A stretch of DNA of 63,911 nt, the filler included, from Reclinomonas americana ATCC 50394 (lineage: Eukaryota), in NCBI GenBank assembly GCA_048213135.1. It is 9 parts of 4 records of this genome, joined end to end, with 100 filler letters (N's around TTAATTAATTAA, not from the genome) between each part and the next. Parts side by side here need not be neighbours in the genome. Positions count along the whole stretch, not along the records: positions 1 to 13,095 come from PS015357.1; 8 more parts are not named here. The stretch is one strand, 5' to 3'. Of the stretch, positions 1 through 11,945 are shown piece after piece; within the stretch, counting starts at the first letter, position 1, and each line of letters starts with the position of its first letter. A program made the translations under genes and the position numbers. The notes under the pieces were generated by a model, which was given only the letters and a program-made list of their open reading frames with translations, did no database searches and had not been told where the DNA came from.

Positions 1-86
1 ATGATCGCTCGCTCACACCACGATGCAGAGAAAAAACACGGCGTCTGAAAAGCTGCGGAACCAATCGACTTGTTTTTCCTTGGCTT

Positions 87-1024
87 TTATTTCTCGTCGG
101 GAGCGTCCGTGTCTGCAGACTCGGCGTGCGTTCTCTTTTTGGACGAGCCGGCTGCGCTGCTATCGCCCGCTGCGGCCTCTCCTGCATCGTCGCCGGTCGC
201 TGCTGCCGTGACGACAACACTGTCGCCAGTGGCGCCAGTGCGACGCTTCTTGCTGGCAAACGTGCCGAGCTGGATGACGGGCAACCGTGCAGATTCGGCC
301 TCGCGACGCGCCTTCTCGGCGGCCTCGGCCTCGCGCTGACGCCGCAGCTGCTCTTCAATGGCGATGGCCGACTGTGTCGACGCAATGGTCTCCCGCAGGT
401 CCACAATCACCGCCTCCAGATCCTCAATCTCGGCCGTGTCGTCGGCCTCCGGTGCCTCCATGGCTGTGCACGTCCGGTCGGTGAACATCAGAGGTCAGCA
501 AAGACAAGAGGCTGCGCGCGAACCTTTCAGCTCGGCAAGCCGCGCACTGAGAATACCCTGAGCGGAGGTAAAGTGCTCGGCGGCTGCGGCGCTGCGCTTG
601 GCGGTGGCGAGAGCCAGAGCGATCTGGTAGTGTCTGTGTGATGCGTGGCGCGCGTGTGGGTATACAGTGCATCGGTGTGTGGTTTCTCTTTATTGACAGC
701 GAGAGACGCAACGACTCGGCCAGCAATCGGCTGCTGGGCGGCAGCAATTGTTCGCGAATGGCCAGACCACGCTTGTACTCCTCGACGGCGGCCACCTCAT
801 TATCTGCAGCAACGGTATTCAGCACATGCGCGTCACTGGAGTTCAAGTCGCAGCCGTTCACGCAACTGCCGAGCACCAAACAATCGCCCTCGCGAACATA
901 CACCTGCGCCAGCAGCAGACGCAGCTTGCGCAAGTCGTCGGCATTGCTCAAGTCGTACAGTTTGGGCCGCGACGCATCGTCGACAGCCTCGCCACTCGCC
1001 GCTGCTCCACTGCCACTGCCACTC
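87..1024 (-). CDS. Eukaryotic NASP/Sim3/Hif1-family histone chaperone (SHNi-TPR), 5' end in gap; introns 804-866, 634-712, 464-523
   Basis: Splicing three GT-AG introns gives ...LAQVYVREGDCLVLGNNEVAAVEEYKRGLAIREQLLPPSSRLLAESHYQIALAL...EIEDLEAVIVDLRETI...KKRR. This matches the NASP TPR pattern, coiled coil and basic NLS. Confidence 0.8.
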
Positions 1025-2090
1025 NNNNNNNNNNNNNNNNNNNNNNNNNNNNNNNNNNNNNNNNNNNNNNNNNNNNNNNNNNNNNNNNNNNNNNNNNNNN
1101 NNNNNNNNNNNNNNNNNNNNNNNNNNNNNNNNNNNNNNNNNNNNNNNNNNNNNNNNNNNNNNNNNNNNNNNNNNNNNNNNNNNNNNNNNNNNNNNNNNNN
1201 NNNNNNNNNNNNNNNNNNNNNNNNNNNNNNNNNNNNNNNNNNNNNNNNNNNNNNNNNNNNNNNNNNNNNNNNNNNNNNNNNNNNNNNNNNNNNNNNNNNN
1301 NNNNNNNNNNNNNNNNNNNNNNNNNNNNNNNNNNNNNNNNNNNNNNNNNNNNNNNNNNNNNNNNNNNNNNNNNNNNNNNNNNNNNNNNNNNNNNNNNNNN
1401 NNNNNNNNNNNNNNNNNNNNNNNNNNNNNNNNNNNNNNNNNNNNNNNNNNNNNNNNNNNNNNNNNNNNNNNNNNNNNNNNNNNNNNNNNNNNNNNNNNNN
1501 NNNNNNNNNNNNNNNNNNNNNNNNNNNNNNNNNNNNNNNNNNNNNNNNNNNNNNNNNNNNNNNNNNNNNNNNNNNNNNNNNNNNNNNNNNNNNNNNNNNN
1601 NNNNNNNNNNNNNNNNNNNNNNNNNNNNNNNNNNNNNNNNNNNNNNNNNNNNNNNNNNNNNNNNNNNNNNNNNNNNNNNNNNNNNNNNNNNNNNNNNNNN
1701 NNNNNNNNNNNNNNNNNNNNNNNNNNNNNNNNNNNNNNNNNNNNNNNNNNNNNNNNNNNNNNNNNNNNNNNNNNNNNNNNNNNNNNNNNNNNNNNNNNNN
1801 NNNNNNNNNNNNNNNNNNNNNNNNNNNNNNNNNNNNNNNNNNNNNNNNNNNNNNNNNNNNNNNNNNNNNNNNNNNNNNNNNNNNNNNNNNNNNNNNNNNN
1901 NNNNNNNNNNNNNNNNNNNNNNNNNNNNNNNNNNNNNNNNNNNNNNNNNNNNNNNNNNNNAGCATTCCATCATCAGTTTGTAATCACAGTCCAAATGAGA
2001 TGATGGCGGAGAGAGAGAAGGAGGGAGAGGAGAGACAGAGGAGAGGGAGAGAGAGAGGAGAGTGTGTGTGCGTGTGTGTTTGAAACGCAC

Positions 2091-2357
2091 TGTGACATTG
2101 CGCCATGACCCCGGCTCCAGCACACTCGGCGCAATGCCAGTCGTGCTTGCTGTGAGTGGCGCTGCTGTGGGAGCAACTGCGGGCTCATACACCACTGTGT
2201 CGCCTGGCGAGGAGTGTGTGAGTGTGAGAGAGTGTGTGTGTGTGTTCGTGCGCGTGCGAGAATGCAACTGCTTTGTGCGTCGCGAGGCGACTGAGGATGC
2301 CATGGAGAGTGCCACGCACACCAGCAGCACGAGCACCAGCTGCAGTCGACGGTGCAT
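2091..2357 (-). CDS. Signal-peptide-bearing N-terminal exon(s), probably of the adjacent repeat surface protein, on an inverted contig
   Basis: MHRRLQLVLVLLVCVALSMASS is a signal peptide. The exon ends ...GIAPSVLEPGSWRNVT at a phase-0 GTGCGT donor (2090), compatible with the phase-0 acceptor at 2396 (ISGSGLT...). Confidence 0.6.
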
Positions 2358-2396
2358 GGNNNNNNNNNNNNNNNNNNNNCACGCACGCACGCGCAG

Positions 2397-5300
2397 ATCT
2401 CGGGCTCCGGTTTGACCAACAAGGACACACTGCACATTGTGGCCAAGAGCGACGCGTGCGACACAGGCACACCTCTCACGTGGTTCACACAGGAGGCCGG
2501 CAGTGAGTTCGCCTCTGTCGATGGCGCCACACTGCGTGTGTCGGTGCGCGCCACGCAGCCCGGATCAGCCTTGTTTTGTATTCGGTTTGATNNNNNNNNN
2601 NNNNNNNNNNNNNNNNNNNNNNNNNNNNNNNNNNNNNNNNNNNNNNNNNNNNNNNNNNNNNNNNNNNNNNNNNNNNNNNNNNNNNNNNNNNNNNNNNNNN
2701 NNNNNNNNNNNNNNNNNNNNNNNNNNNNNNNNNNNNNNNNNNNNNNNNNNNNNNNNNNNNNNNNNNNNNNNNNNNGGGCAGCCGGCGTTTGTGGCGGTGA
2801 CCAATGGCGGTGTCGTTGCGCGCGGTGCGACGGGATTCTCGCCGGCGTTGATGCACCCGAGTGGCTCCACGCTGTCGGTCACGGGCTTTGGGTTGACGGG
2901 CGAGTCGGCATCGCTGCAGGTGGTGAGCTCGGGTGCTGCGGGCGGTTGTGCCACGGGTGCGCCGGCTACCGGCTGGACGCTGGCTGTGGAGATGCAGACG
3001 GATGAGGTGATCACCGCCAAGGTCACGTTTGCGGAGACGGCGGCGCCTGGCACATATCTGGTGTGCCTGCAAAAGGCGCAAGTAGGAGCGACGATGCTGT
3101 CGTTGCAGGGCACGACGGGAGTGACGCCGACGCTGGTCAAGTCGGCGAACACCGCGCTGGAGNNNNNNNNNNNNNNNNNNNNNNNNNNNNNNNNNNNNNN
3201 NNNNNNNNNNNNNNNNNNNNNNNNNNNNNNNNNNNNNNNNNNNNNNNNNNNNNNNNNNNNNNNNNNNNNNNNNNNNNNNNNNNNNNNNNNNNNNNNNNNN
3301 NNNNNNNNNNNNNNNNNNNNNNNNNNNNNNNNNNNNNNNNNNNNNNNNNNNNNNNNNNNNNNNNNNNNNNNNNNNNNNNNNNNNNNNNNNNNNNNNNNNN
3401 NNNNNNNNNNNNNNNNNNNNNNNNNNNNNNNNNNNNNNNNNNNNNNNNNNNNNNNNNNNNNNNNNNNNNNNNNNNNNNNNNNNNNNNNNNNNNNNNNNNN
3501 NNNNNNNNNNNNNNNNNNNNNNNNNNNNNNNNNNNNNNNNNNNNNNNNNNNNNNNNNNNNNNNNNNNNNNNNNNNNNNNNNNNNNNNNNNNNNNNNNNNN
3601 NNNNNNNNNNNNNNNNNNNNNNNNNNNNNNNNNNNNNNNNNNNNNNNNNNNNNNNNNNNNNNNNNNNNNNNNNNNNNNNNNNNNNNNNNNNNNNNNNNNN
3701 NNNNNNNNNNNNNNNNNNNNNNNNNNNNNNNNNNNNNNNNNNNNNNNNNNNNNNNNNNNNNNNNNNNNNNNNNNNNNNNNNNNNNNNNNNNNNNNNNNNN
3801 NNNNNNNNNNNNNNNNNNNNNNNNNNNNNNNATCGTGGGTGTCGGTCTCACCAACACCACCGACGTGCACGTGGTGGCACCAGGTGCGACGTGCGCCGCC
3901 GGAGCCATCGACATGGACGTGAAAATCACACTCGGCACAGTCACCGACGGCAAGGTCACGGTGACTGCCACCTCTGTGGCTCCCAACGCCGGCTACACGT
4001 TGTGCATTGGTCTGTACGGCAACGCTGGCGGCCCGGTTCCGGTCACTGGCGGCACCCTCACGGTGCAGGGTCCGAATGCGGCGACTCCGCTGCAACCCAA
4101 CACGTTCGACACGAATCAGCCACTGGCACCGATGACGTTTACTGGTTTCGGTGTGGATGGTGGCGAGCAATTCAAGTTTGTGCCACCAGGCTCCGATTGT
4201 GCCGCCACAGCACAGCCGGCGTACATTACGTCGAACCTGGGCGCACACACTGCCACGACACTGGTGGTGAACACGCAGAGCACGACTCCCGGCCCCTTCG
4301 ACACGTGCATCCTCTTTGCCGGCACCACCCACTGGTTCTCCGCCGGGACCGTCAGCTTCCGCGGCTCCTCTGCCGTGACGCCATTGGCTCTGGGCATCAC
4401 GGCGGCCCAGCAGATCACGATCAGCGGCTACGGCTTCAGCACCGGCGACGCCGTCAAGGTCATTGCCACGGGAGGCACCAACAGCTGCGCTGCAACGCCG
4501 CAATCGGCGAATGTGCCAGTGACCAACGTGAATGTGGTCAATGCTTCGCGCTTGCTGGCCACGCTCACTCCGTCGGCCGTCGGTCAGTACCAGGTGTGTG
4601 TCGCGTTCTCGGCGACACCCACAGTGTTTGTGGCGGTGCCGAATGGACAGATTGGTGTATTCAGTTGCGGCGTTGCTCGAAATCACCGTGGTGTCTCGCA
4701 CATTTCTCATTAATCCGCCCCGTGCACAGACGCCGTCACCTACGGCATCTATCCGAGTCTGTTGGCCACCGACTCAATGAGCACCGTGTACATCAGCGGC
4801 CAGAACCTGCAGCCGAGCAACGAGCTGCGCGTGATTGCGGCCGCCGGCAACTGCCAGGTGGAGGAACCTGTGGAATTGGCGGCAGTGAAGCTCGGCACCG
4901 TCACCGGCACCGCAGCGTTGCTGACTGTGCCGGTGTACACGAACTCTACCACTGTCGACGGCAAGCTGTGCATCAAGTATACGGACGCACCGACATTTGA
5001 GCCGGTGACCAACGGAGCGGTGCAGGTCAGCAACACGGTCGCACCAACGACCACCGGGGTGCAGCCGACCACACTACCGCAGTACATTGGCGAGATGGTG
5101 ACGGTAACGGGCACACAACTGAATGCCATTGAGCAGGTGACGCATGAGAGTGTGTATGTGCATGCGTTGAAGGGTGCGTCGGCACTGACGCAGTGTCTTG
5201 CAGATTATTCCGGTGGCGGCGGGGACATTGTGCACACAAAAACCGATGCCTACTCCAGCACCGGCCACCACGTTGACGTCACTGACTGTGGTGTCACCGA

Positions 5301-7901
5301 CGTCGTTGCATGTGGCTCTTGTCACCACCGGCACAGTTGGTTTCAAGTTGTGCGCGCTGTTCTCTGGCGCGGCGACATTTGCCGACGTGACTGGCAGCAC
5401 CATTACCGTGCTGAGTCCCACGCTCGCCTCGTTTGCGCCGACGTCCATGCCGCCGTCGTTGGAGACAATGGTGATTTTCCAAGGATCCAATCTGCAGCAA
5501 TTCGGCAATCAAATTGTGGCTCTGACGCCGCAAACGAAAACGTGCGTGCCGGGCTCCACCAGCGACGCCAGCATCACCGTAGGCGCCATCACAGTCAACA
5601 ATGCCTTCAACCAGCTCTCGGTGCCGCTGACATCGACTGCTCCCAGCAGCACGCAGTATCGCCTGTGCGTGCAATTTGCTGGTGGTGCATTGCAGGATGC
5701 CACACCTGCACCCGTCCTGCTCATCCAAGGTGAGAGTCGAGCGAACGAAAGGAGAACGTCTTGTCAGCTTACCTCGCACTTCCTGCATTCCCTACCTCAC
5801 AGCGGCCTCGGCAACCAGCATGTCACCGAACACCATGGCAGTTGCACAGCCGACGACATTGACAGTGAACGGCGTGGTGTTGAGTGCGAGCAACCTGCTG
5901 CGCTTGGTCGACGCCACCACGGACTGCGCGCAGGAGATGCCGCCGATTCCGGTGAGTTGCCTGGAGTGTGTGTGTGTGTGTCACTCTGTGCAAATCAACT
6001 GCGTGCACTTACCCTCCATGCACGCAGGGCGTTGTCCAAATGACCAACTTTAACGTGGTCTCGACCTCCCGGCTCACGGTCGACGTGACAGTGACCGCGG
6101 CCGGCGACTACAAGATGTGTATTCTGCTCAGTGGCACCACGTACTCCAACGTCCTCAACGGCTTCCTCACTGTCAATGGTGAGCCCGTACCGACGGCGCC
6201 TCTGTGTGTTTGTCGATGTAGGCCAGACTCTCACTCCCTGTGCTCCGTTGTCACAGGCGGCTCGTTGGGCGGGTTTGGCTTCCCGCTTGTCCTCGGTGTT
6301 GGAGCCACCACTACTTTTACCATCAACGGATCTAGCCTGGCGGCTCCGGGCACCGTCTTCCGCGTGCTCTCTCCTGGCGCCGCATGCGCCACGGCCCCGT
6401 CGCCCGTCAACGACAATAGTTTCACCGTCGGTGATATCGCCGGCAGCGCCGATGGTCTCACGCTGACCGTGTCAGTGACTGGCACTATGGCGGGCATGGG
6501 CTTCATTCCGTGCATTCGCATGAGTGGCCAGGCGGCGTTCCAGGCAGTGCCAGGCGGCACGTTCCGCGTCACCAGTTACGAGTTGTCGCCATTTTCCCAC
6601 TTGCGAAAAGTCGATTGTTGCTCACTTTATGCCATGTATGCGTGTGTAGCGCCTACGTTGACCTCCATTTCGGCTCCGCCAATGGTGGTTGGTGTCTTCA
6701 ATAACGTGATGCTCACCGGCGACGCATTGTCGGCGTACGAGAAGGTCCTGGTTATCGACGCACCGGCTGCCACAAGCGTACGCGACGCCCGCGTGGTGGC
6801 GGCGGAGACATGCGCCACAGCCACGGCAAACTCGAACAATGTTCTCGTCAATCCGGCAACCCTCAACGAATCCAACTACGCTCTTGTGGTGCCGACGAAT
6901 CCGCTCATGGAGGGCCTCAATTTTGTTTTTTGTGTCAAGTTCAGTGGCACCGGTGTGTCGCCGACGCCAGAGCCAGTACCCGGCTCGCTCCCCTCCATTG
7001 GTCAGTCGCGCGTACCCAATGTGCATCTCTCTCTCTCTCTCACACACACACACACGCATCTTGTTCCTCGGGCACAGTGTCCTCGGCTACGGGCTTTTCA
7101 CCGCTCCGCATTATTGCCGCAGCCGGTGTTTCGCAGTACATGAGCGTCGTCGGGCAGGGATTCCGCACCGGTGACGGTGTGGTGATTGTGGAAGGCAATT
7201 CGCTCTGCACCGGCCAGCCGACCAACGCTGACGGTATCACCATTGCGTCGCTAACGGCGTCGGATGATGGGCAATCGTTGGTGTTCAGGGTGACGGCAGA
7301 TCTGGCGGGCCAGTACACACTGTGCGTGCGTTTGACGCCGTCGACCTCGTACCACGTTGTACCCGGTGGCACGCTCTCAGTCGTGGCAGTCACCACCGAC
7401 GGCTTCAACCCCAACACCGTGATTATCAATGCGGCCACCACAGTCACCATTGCTGGCAGCGGGTTCTCCGACAACGATCAAGTGCGTGTTGTGCGTTGGA
7501 TTGACGTTTGCGTCGGAACCAACGTGCAGAACGCGGCCGGCGTCGAACTCGGTGCGATCTCACACGACGCAGCGTATGCGGAGACGTACTTTGATATTAC
7601 GCCGAGCAATGCTGGCGACTACCGCATCTGCATCTTGTTTGACGGCCTGCCGTCGTACAGTCGCGTCACCGGTGGCAAGCTGACGGTCAACCATTCGGGA
7701 TGTTGCGTGACAAATGAGAATGGAGAAGAGGAGTATCGCTGTTGCTGATACGTGTCGTTGTTCGCAGCGGGCGGCATTCATACATGGGCCATTGCTCTCA
7801 TTGTAATCTTCTCGGGAATTGCCCTTGCCGGCATTGTGCTGTTGATCGTCGGTTGCAAGCGAGGCTGGTTCACACACCGCGGCAAGTATCGCTCTCTATA
7901 A
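2397..7901 (+). CDS. Eukaryotic multi-exon type I membrane protein with >=13 ~100-aa two-Cys IPT/TIG-like repeats, C-terminal TM helix and short YRSL tail
   Basis: Introns 4664-4729, 5137-5203, 5730-5802, 5952-6027, 6179-6256, 6575-6649, 7001-7077 and 7702-7767 join successive ORFs. Recurrent motif P..(V/I)xGxG(L/F)..V.V...C...G.Y.LC(I/V).F...VPGG.L.V. Last exon WAIALIVIFSGIALAGIVLLIVGCKRGWFTHRGKYRSL*, followed by AATAAA at 7902. Confidence 0.8.
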
Positions 7902-7995
7902 AATAAACAATCCTACTATCTGTGTATTCACAACAAAGCAACAAAAAACAACACGAGCAAAACAAGACGCAAACAGCAAACAATAACACACATAC

Positions 7996-9536
7996 TCATG
8001 CAGATGAGACGTCATCGCTCACAAGTCTCATCTTCATCTCTTCGGCACCGTCAGCGCTCCCCACCTCCTCCCCGGCCGGTGCCTTTGATCGACACAGCGA
8101 CACGAACGTCACCAGCAACGCCAACCCGGCTGCGGTCTGACCGGCGGCCAGAAGAATGAAAACGGAGCGCATGGAAGCGAGGCGATCCATGGCCAGCTGC
8201 AGCGAGGTCTGCAGGATCACCGATGCCGCCAGACCAAGGGCAAACCACGCGCCAAGCCGCTCCTTGATGCGCTTCGCCACACCTGCGTAGGCCGCACTCA
8301 CGCAACACGACGCCACGCCGTAGTACAACGCAAAGGCCGCATACGACGACACGAGGGCGGTGGCGAAACTGGCCCACAGCAGCAGCGCACTACCGGCCAG
8401 TGACGCAATAAAGAGTGTGACACACAGTTGCAGAGTGGCCCGTCGTGTGACAGCTTTCTCGAAGAACAGTCCAGGCACAAGTGCACCGACGGCAGCCAGC
8501 GCACGACCCACGGCCATGGCGTACCCGTTATCGTCGTGCTTGGCATCCACGGCGTCCCACAAAGAGCTGGCGTAGTTGAGCACGAGCATCAGCACGGCCA
8601 GCTGTGCCGACCAGAACAAGTACACGCCCACAAAGCGTGCATCCCACTGAAGCCACGCACAACACCGCTGCGACGAGTAAGGCGACTGTCTAGTCAGCCT
8701 TCTCTTGTTGTCGACATTGATGCTGCCGCGATGCAGCGGATCGGATTCAGTCGGAACTCTGTCGGCTGCCGGGCGCACCCACCGTGGCAAACACGTTGCG
8801 ATGATGAGGAGCAACACGGCACCCGTCGTCACCGTGCACAGCGAAATGACAAACAGGTCTGCGAGCGCGTGAGAGAGACATGGCATCGGAGAGCACAAAG
8901 AGACAGCACACAAACCTGTTAGTGGTGCATGCGCAACATCGAGCAGCAGCTGGCCCAGGAGGCCGCCGACCACATGCCCAACCAATGTCGATGCCAGCAG
9001 GTAACCAGTCGCCCGCTGATACATGTCAGCGCCAATCTGCATCACAACAAGAGTGAGCACGTACACACACAGAAACGCCACACAATACACAGAGACAACT
9101 CGACGTGCGTGCCTCCTGGAAGAGCCACACATTGAGGTACGGCTCTGTGGCAGTGACGAGCCCAAACGACACTTGCGTGAGTTGCATACACCACAGCGCA
9201 CTCGTCAACAGAAGCACCAGCCGCGTCGCCTCCCGAGCAAAGGCGCCTCCGATTGACACCCACCTTGGTGCATCAGTGTGCGGAGTGAGACAACACCAAG
9301 GAATGTAGAAGAGAGAACAGAGAGAACCTGGCGCCACCCTTGATCCACACACTGAGGAGAGCCACGGGCACCGCAAACGCTGCATACGAGTACGTCCACA
9401 CAGGATACACCTCAAAGTTGATCTGATCCGCGGTGAGGTGCTTGACGTCGCGCAGGAATGGCGTGAGGAACGGCTCACTTGGCTTGAGGTTGAGCAGGAA
9501 GGCGGCGAGGCACAGGAGAGCAACCACGCGCCTTGT
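7996..9536 (-). CDS. SLC19-family reduced folate/thiamine carrier, first exon missing; introns 9264-9327, 9037-9112 (GC-AG), 8859-8915
   Basis: Family motifs LKPSEPFLTPFL, EVYPVWTYSY, MQLTQVSFGLVTATE and YQRATGY; multiple TM helices. Confidence 0.85.
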
Positions 9537-9834
9537 CTGCAAATGCGTCGGGGGGNNNNNNNNNNNNNNNNNNNNNNNNNNNNNNNNNNNNNNNNNNNNN
9601 NNNNNNNNNNNNNNNNNNNNNNNNNNNNNNNNNNNNNNNNNNNNNNNNNNNNNNNNNNNNNNNNNNNNNNNNNNNNNNNNNNNNNNNNNNNNNNNNNNNN
9701 NNNNNNNNNNNNNNNNNNNNNNNNNNNNNNNNNNNNNNNNNNNNNNNNNNNNNNNNNNNNNNNNNNNNNNNNNNNNNNNNNNNNNNNNNNNNNNNNNNNN
9801 NNNNNNNNNNNNNNNNTGGCGACGTCCGGTGCGC

Positions 9835-10878
9835 TCAATTGCCGAACACGGTGTTGAGCTGGCTGCCGACCATGATGAAGGTGGTGCGCTTCGGCATCTC
9901 CTTGAGCCGGACCGCGCCGATATAGGTCATCGCCGAGCGCACCCCGCCCATGATCTCCTGCATCGTGCCCTCGACCGGGCCGCGATAGGGCACCTCGACG
10001 GTCTTGCCCTCGGAGGCCCGGTATTTGGCGACGCCGCCGGAATATTTCTTCATCGCCGTGTCCGAGGACATGCCGTAGAACACCATCGCGACCGGCACGG
10101 TCTCGCCGTCATGGGTCTCGTAGCGGATTTCGCCCTCGCATTCGTCATGGCCGGCGAGCATGCCGCCCATCATCACGAAGTCGGAGCCGCCGCCATAGGC
10201 CTTGGCGACATCGCCCGGCACGGTCAAACCGCCATCGCCGCAGACCAGGCCCTTCAGGCCATGGGCGGCGTCGGCGCATTCGATGATTGCCGAGAGCTGC
10301 GGATAGCCGACGCCGGTCATCTTGCGGGTGGTGCAGACCGAGCCCGGACCGATGCCGACCTTGACGATATCCGCGCCGGCCAGGATCAGCGCCTCCGTCA
10401 TGTCGCCGGTGACGACGTTGCCGGCCATGATCGCTGCGTTCGGGAAGGCCTCGCGCGTCGCCTTGACGGTGTCGACGAATTTTTCGGTGTAGCCATTGGC
10501 GACGTCGAGGCAGATCTTGTCGATCGGCGCCTTGGCATGCACCGCCTTGAGCTTGTCATGGTCGGAATCGGTGGTGCCCAGCGAATAGAAGGCGTTGGCC
10601 GATCCCTCCTCCTTGAAGAAGGCAATCAGCTCGTCGGCGTCGTAGTGCTTGTGCAGGGCGACCATGGCGCCGTGCTTCAAGAGCGCGCGTGCCATCGCCA
10701 TGGTGCCGACCACGTCCATGTTCGCGGCGATCAGCGGAAAGCCGCTCCATTCGCGGCCGGTATGCGCGAAGCGGAAGCTCCGGTTGACGTCGACCTCGGC
10801 GCGGCTGCCGAGCGTCGAGCGCTTCGGCCGGATCAGCACGTCGCGGAAGTCGAGTTTCGGATCGTTCTCGATGCGCAT
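9835..10878 (-). CDS. guaC: GMP reductase
   Basis: [34 protein letters not shown], catalytic [20 protein letters not shown]. Confidence 0.95.
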   Translation of the reverse strand: MRIENDPKLDFRDVLIRPKRSTLGSRAEVDVNRSFRFAHTGREWSGFPLIAANMDVVGTMAMARALLKHGAMVALHKHYDADELIAFFKEEGSANAFYSLGTTDSDHDKLKAVHAKAPIDKICLDVANGYTEKFVDTVKATREAFPNAAIMAGNVVTGDMTEALILAGADIVKVGIGPGSVCTTRKMTGVGYPQLSAIIECADAAHGLKGLVCGDGGLTVPGDVAKAYGGGSDFVMMGGMLAGHDECEGEIRYETHDGETVPVAMVFYGMSSDTAMKKYSGGVAKYRASEGKTVEVPYRGPVEGTMQEIMGGVRSAMTYIGAVRLKEMPKRTTFIMVGSQLNTVFGN

Positions 10879-11067
10879 GATCAAAGCTCCGGCGGCTGGC
10901 GCAGGTCAAAAAAAGCGCACGCGGCGAAAGGGAGCGTGCCGGGATTCATAGCCGGTCGGGCCCTCCTGAGCAATGTGCCGGCCGCGGACGGGTTTCTCGC
11001 GGAAGAAACTTTAGCGACCTCTAAAGTTTCTTCTGGACAGGAGGCGGGCGCCACGATACTTAAGCTC

Positions 11068-11415
11068 ATGCTTCACCAACCGGACCAGCTCGATCTCATG
11101 TTCCAGGCGCTGGCGGACCCGAACCGCCGGCAAATGGTGCAGCGGCTCTGCGAGGGGCCGGCCAGCGTCAGCGAGCTCGCAGCGCCGCTTGCGATGACGC
11201 TGTCGGCGGTGGTGCAGCACCTCGCCGTTCTCGAAGGATCCGGGCTGGTGCGCACGCAGAAGATCGGGCGGGTCCGCACCTGCCAGCTCGACACCCAGGC
11301 GCTGCGGGCGGCGGAGCGCTGGATCAGCGAGCGCCGTGCCCTCTGGGAGCGACGTTTCGACCGGCTCGGCGCTTTCCTCGCCGAGCAGGATCTGAAGGAA
11401 GGAGACGGAGCATGA
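11068..11415 (+). CDS. ArsR/SmtB-family transcriptional regulator
   Basis: FQALADPNRRQMVQRL...ASVSELA...VVQHLAVLEGSGLVRTQKIGRVR. Confidence 0.9.
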   Translation: MLHQPDQLDLMFQALADPNRRQMVQRLCEGPASVSELAAPLAMTLSAVVQHLAVLEGSGLVRTQKIGRVRTCQLDTQALRAAERWISERRALWERRFDRLGAFLAEQDLKEGDGA

Positions 11416-11885
11416 GCGAGCGGACGGCCGTCCACGCCGATTTCACCATCGAGCGCCGCTACGGAACGAGCCCGGCGCGAGTCTTCGCCGCCTTTGCCGA
11501 TCCGGTCGCAAAAAGGCGCTGGTCGACCTGCCATGACGAGGGCGGGCTCGGCGAGTACACCCTCGATTTCCGCGAGGGCGGCTTCGAGACGATGCGGGGC
11601 GCCCCAGGGCCGGATGGCATCTATGCGATGCGGGCGATCTATCACGAGATCGTGCCGCATGAGCGCCTCGTCTATTCCTACGAGATGTTTCGCAACGAAC
11701 TGCGCCTCTCGGTCTCGCTGGCGACGCTGGAATTCCGCGGCGAGGGCGCTGGCACCCGCCTCGTCTTCACCGAGCAGGCCGTCTTCCTCGACGGCCATGA
11801 CAATCCGCAGATGCGTGAGCAGGGCACCGGTATCGGCTTCGACCGGCTCGCTGAGGAATTGGCGCGGCAAGCCACCCCCTCCTGA
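11412..11885 (+). CDS. SRPBCC/AHSA1-family protein
   Basis: HADFTIERRY..SPARVFAAFADP, LDFREGG, GTRLVFTEQ; ATGA overlap with the ArsR gene. Confidence 0.88.
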   Translation: MSERTAVHADFTIERRYGTSPARVFAAFADPVAKRRWSTCHDEGGLGEYTLDFREGGFETMRGAPGPDGIYAMRAIYHEIVPHERLVYSYEMFRNELRLSVSLATLEFRGEGAGTRLVFTEQAVFLDGHDNPQMREQGTGIGFDRLAEELARQATPS

Positions 11886-11945
11886 CGTTTCCATCAGCTT
11901 TGATCTTTTCAACCCGCGCCACCCTGGGCGCAGGAAGGACCAGTC

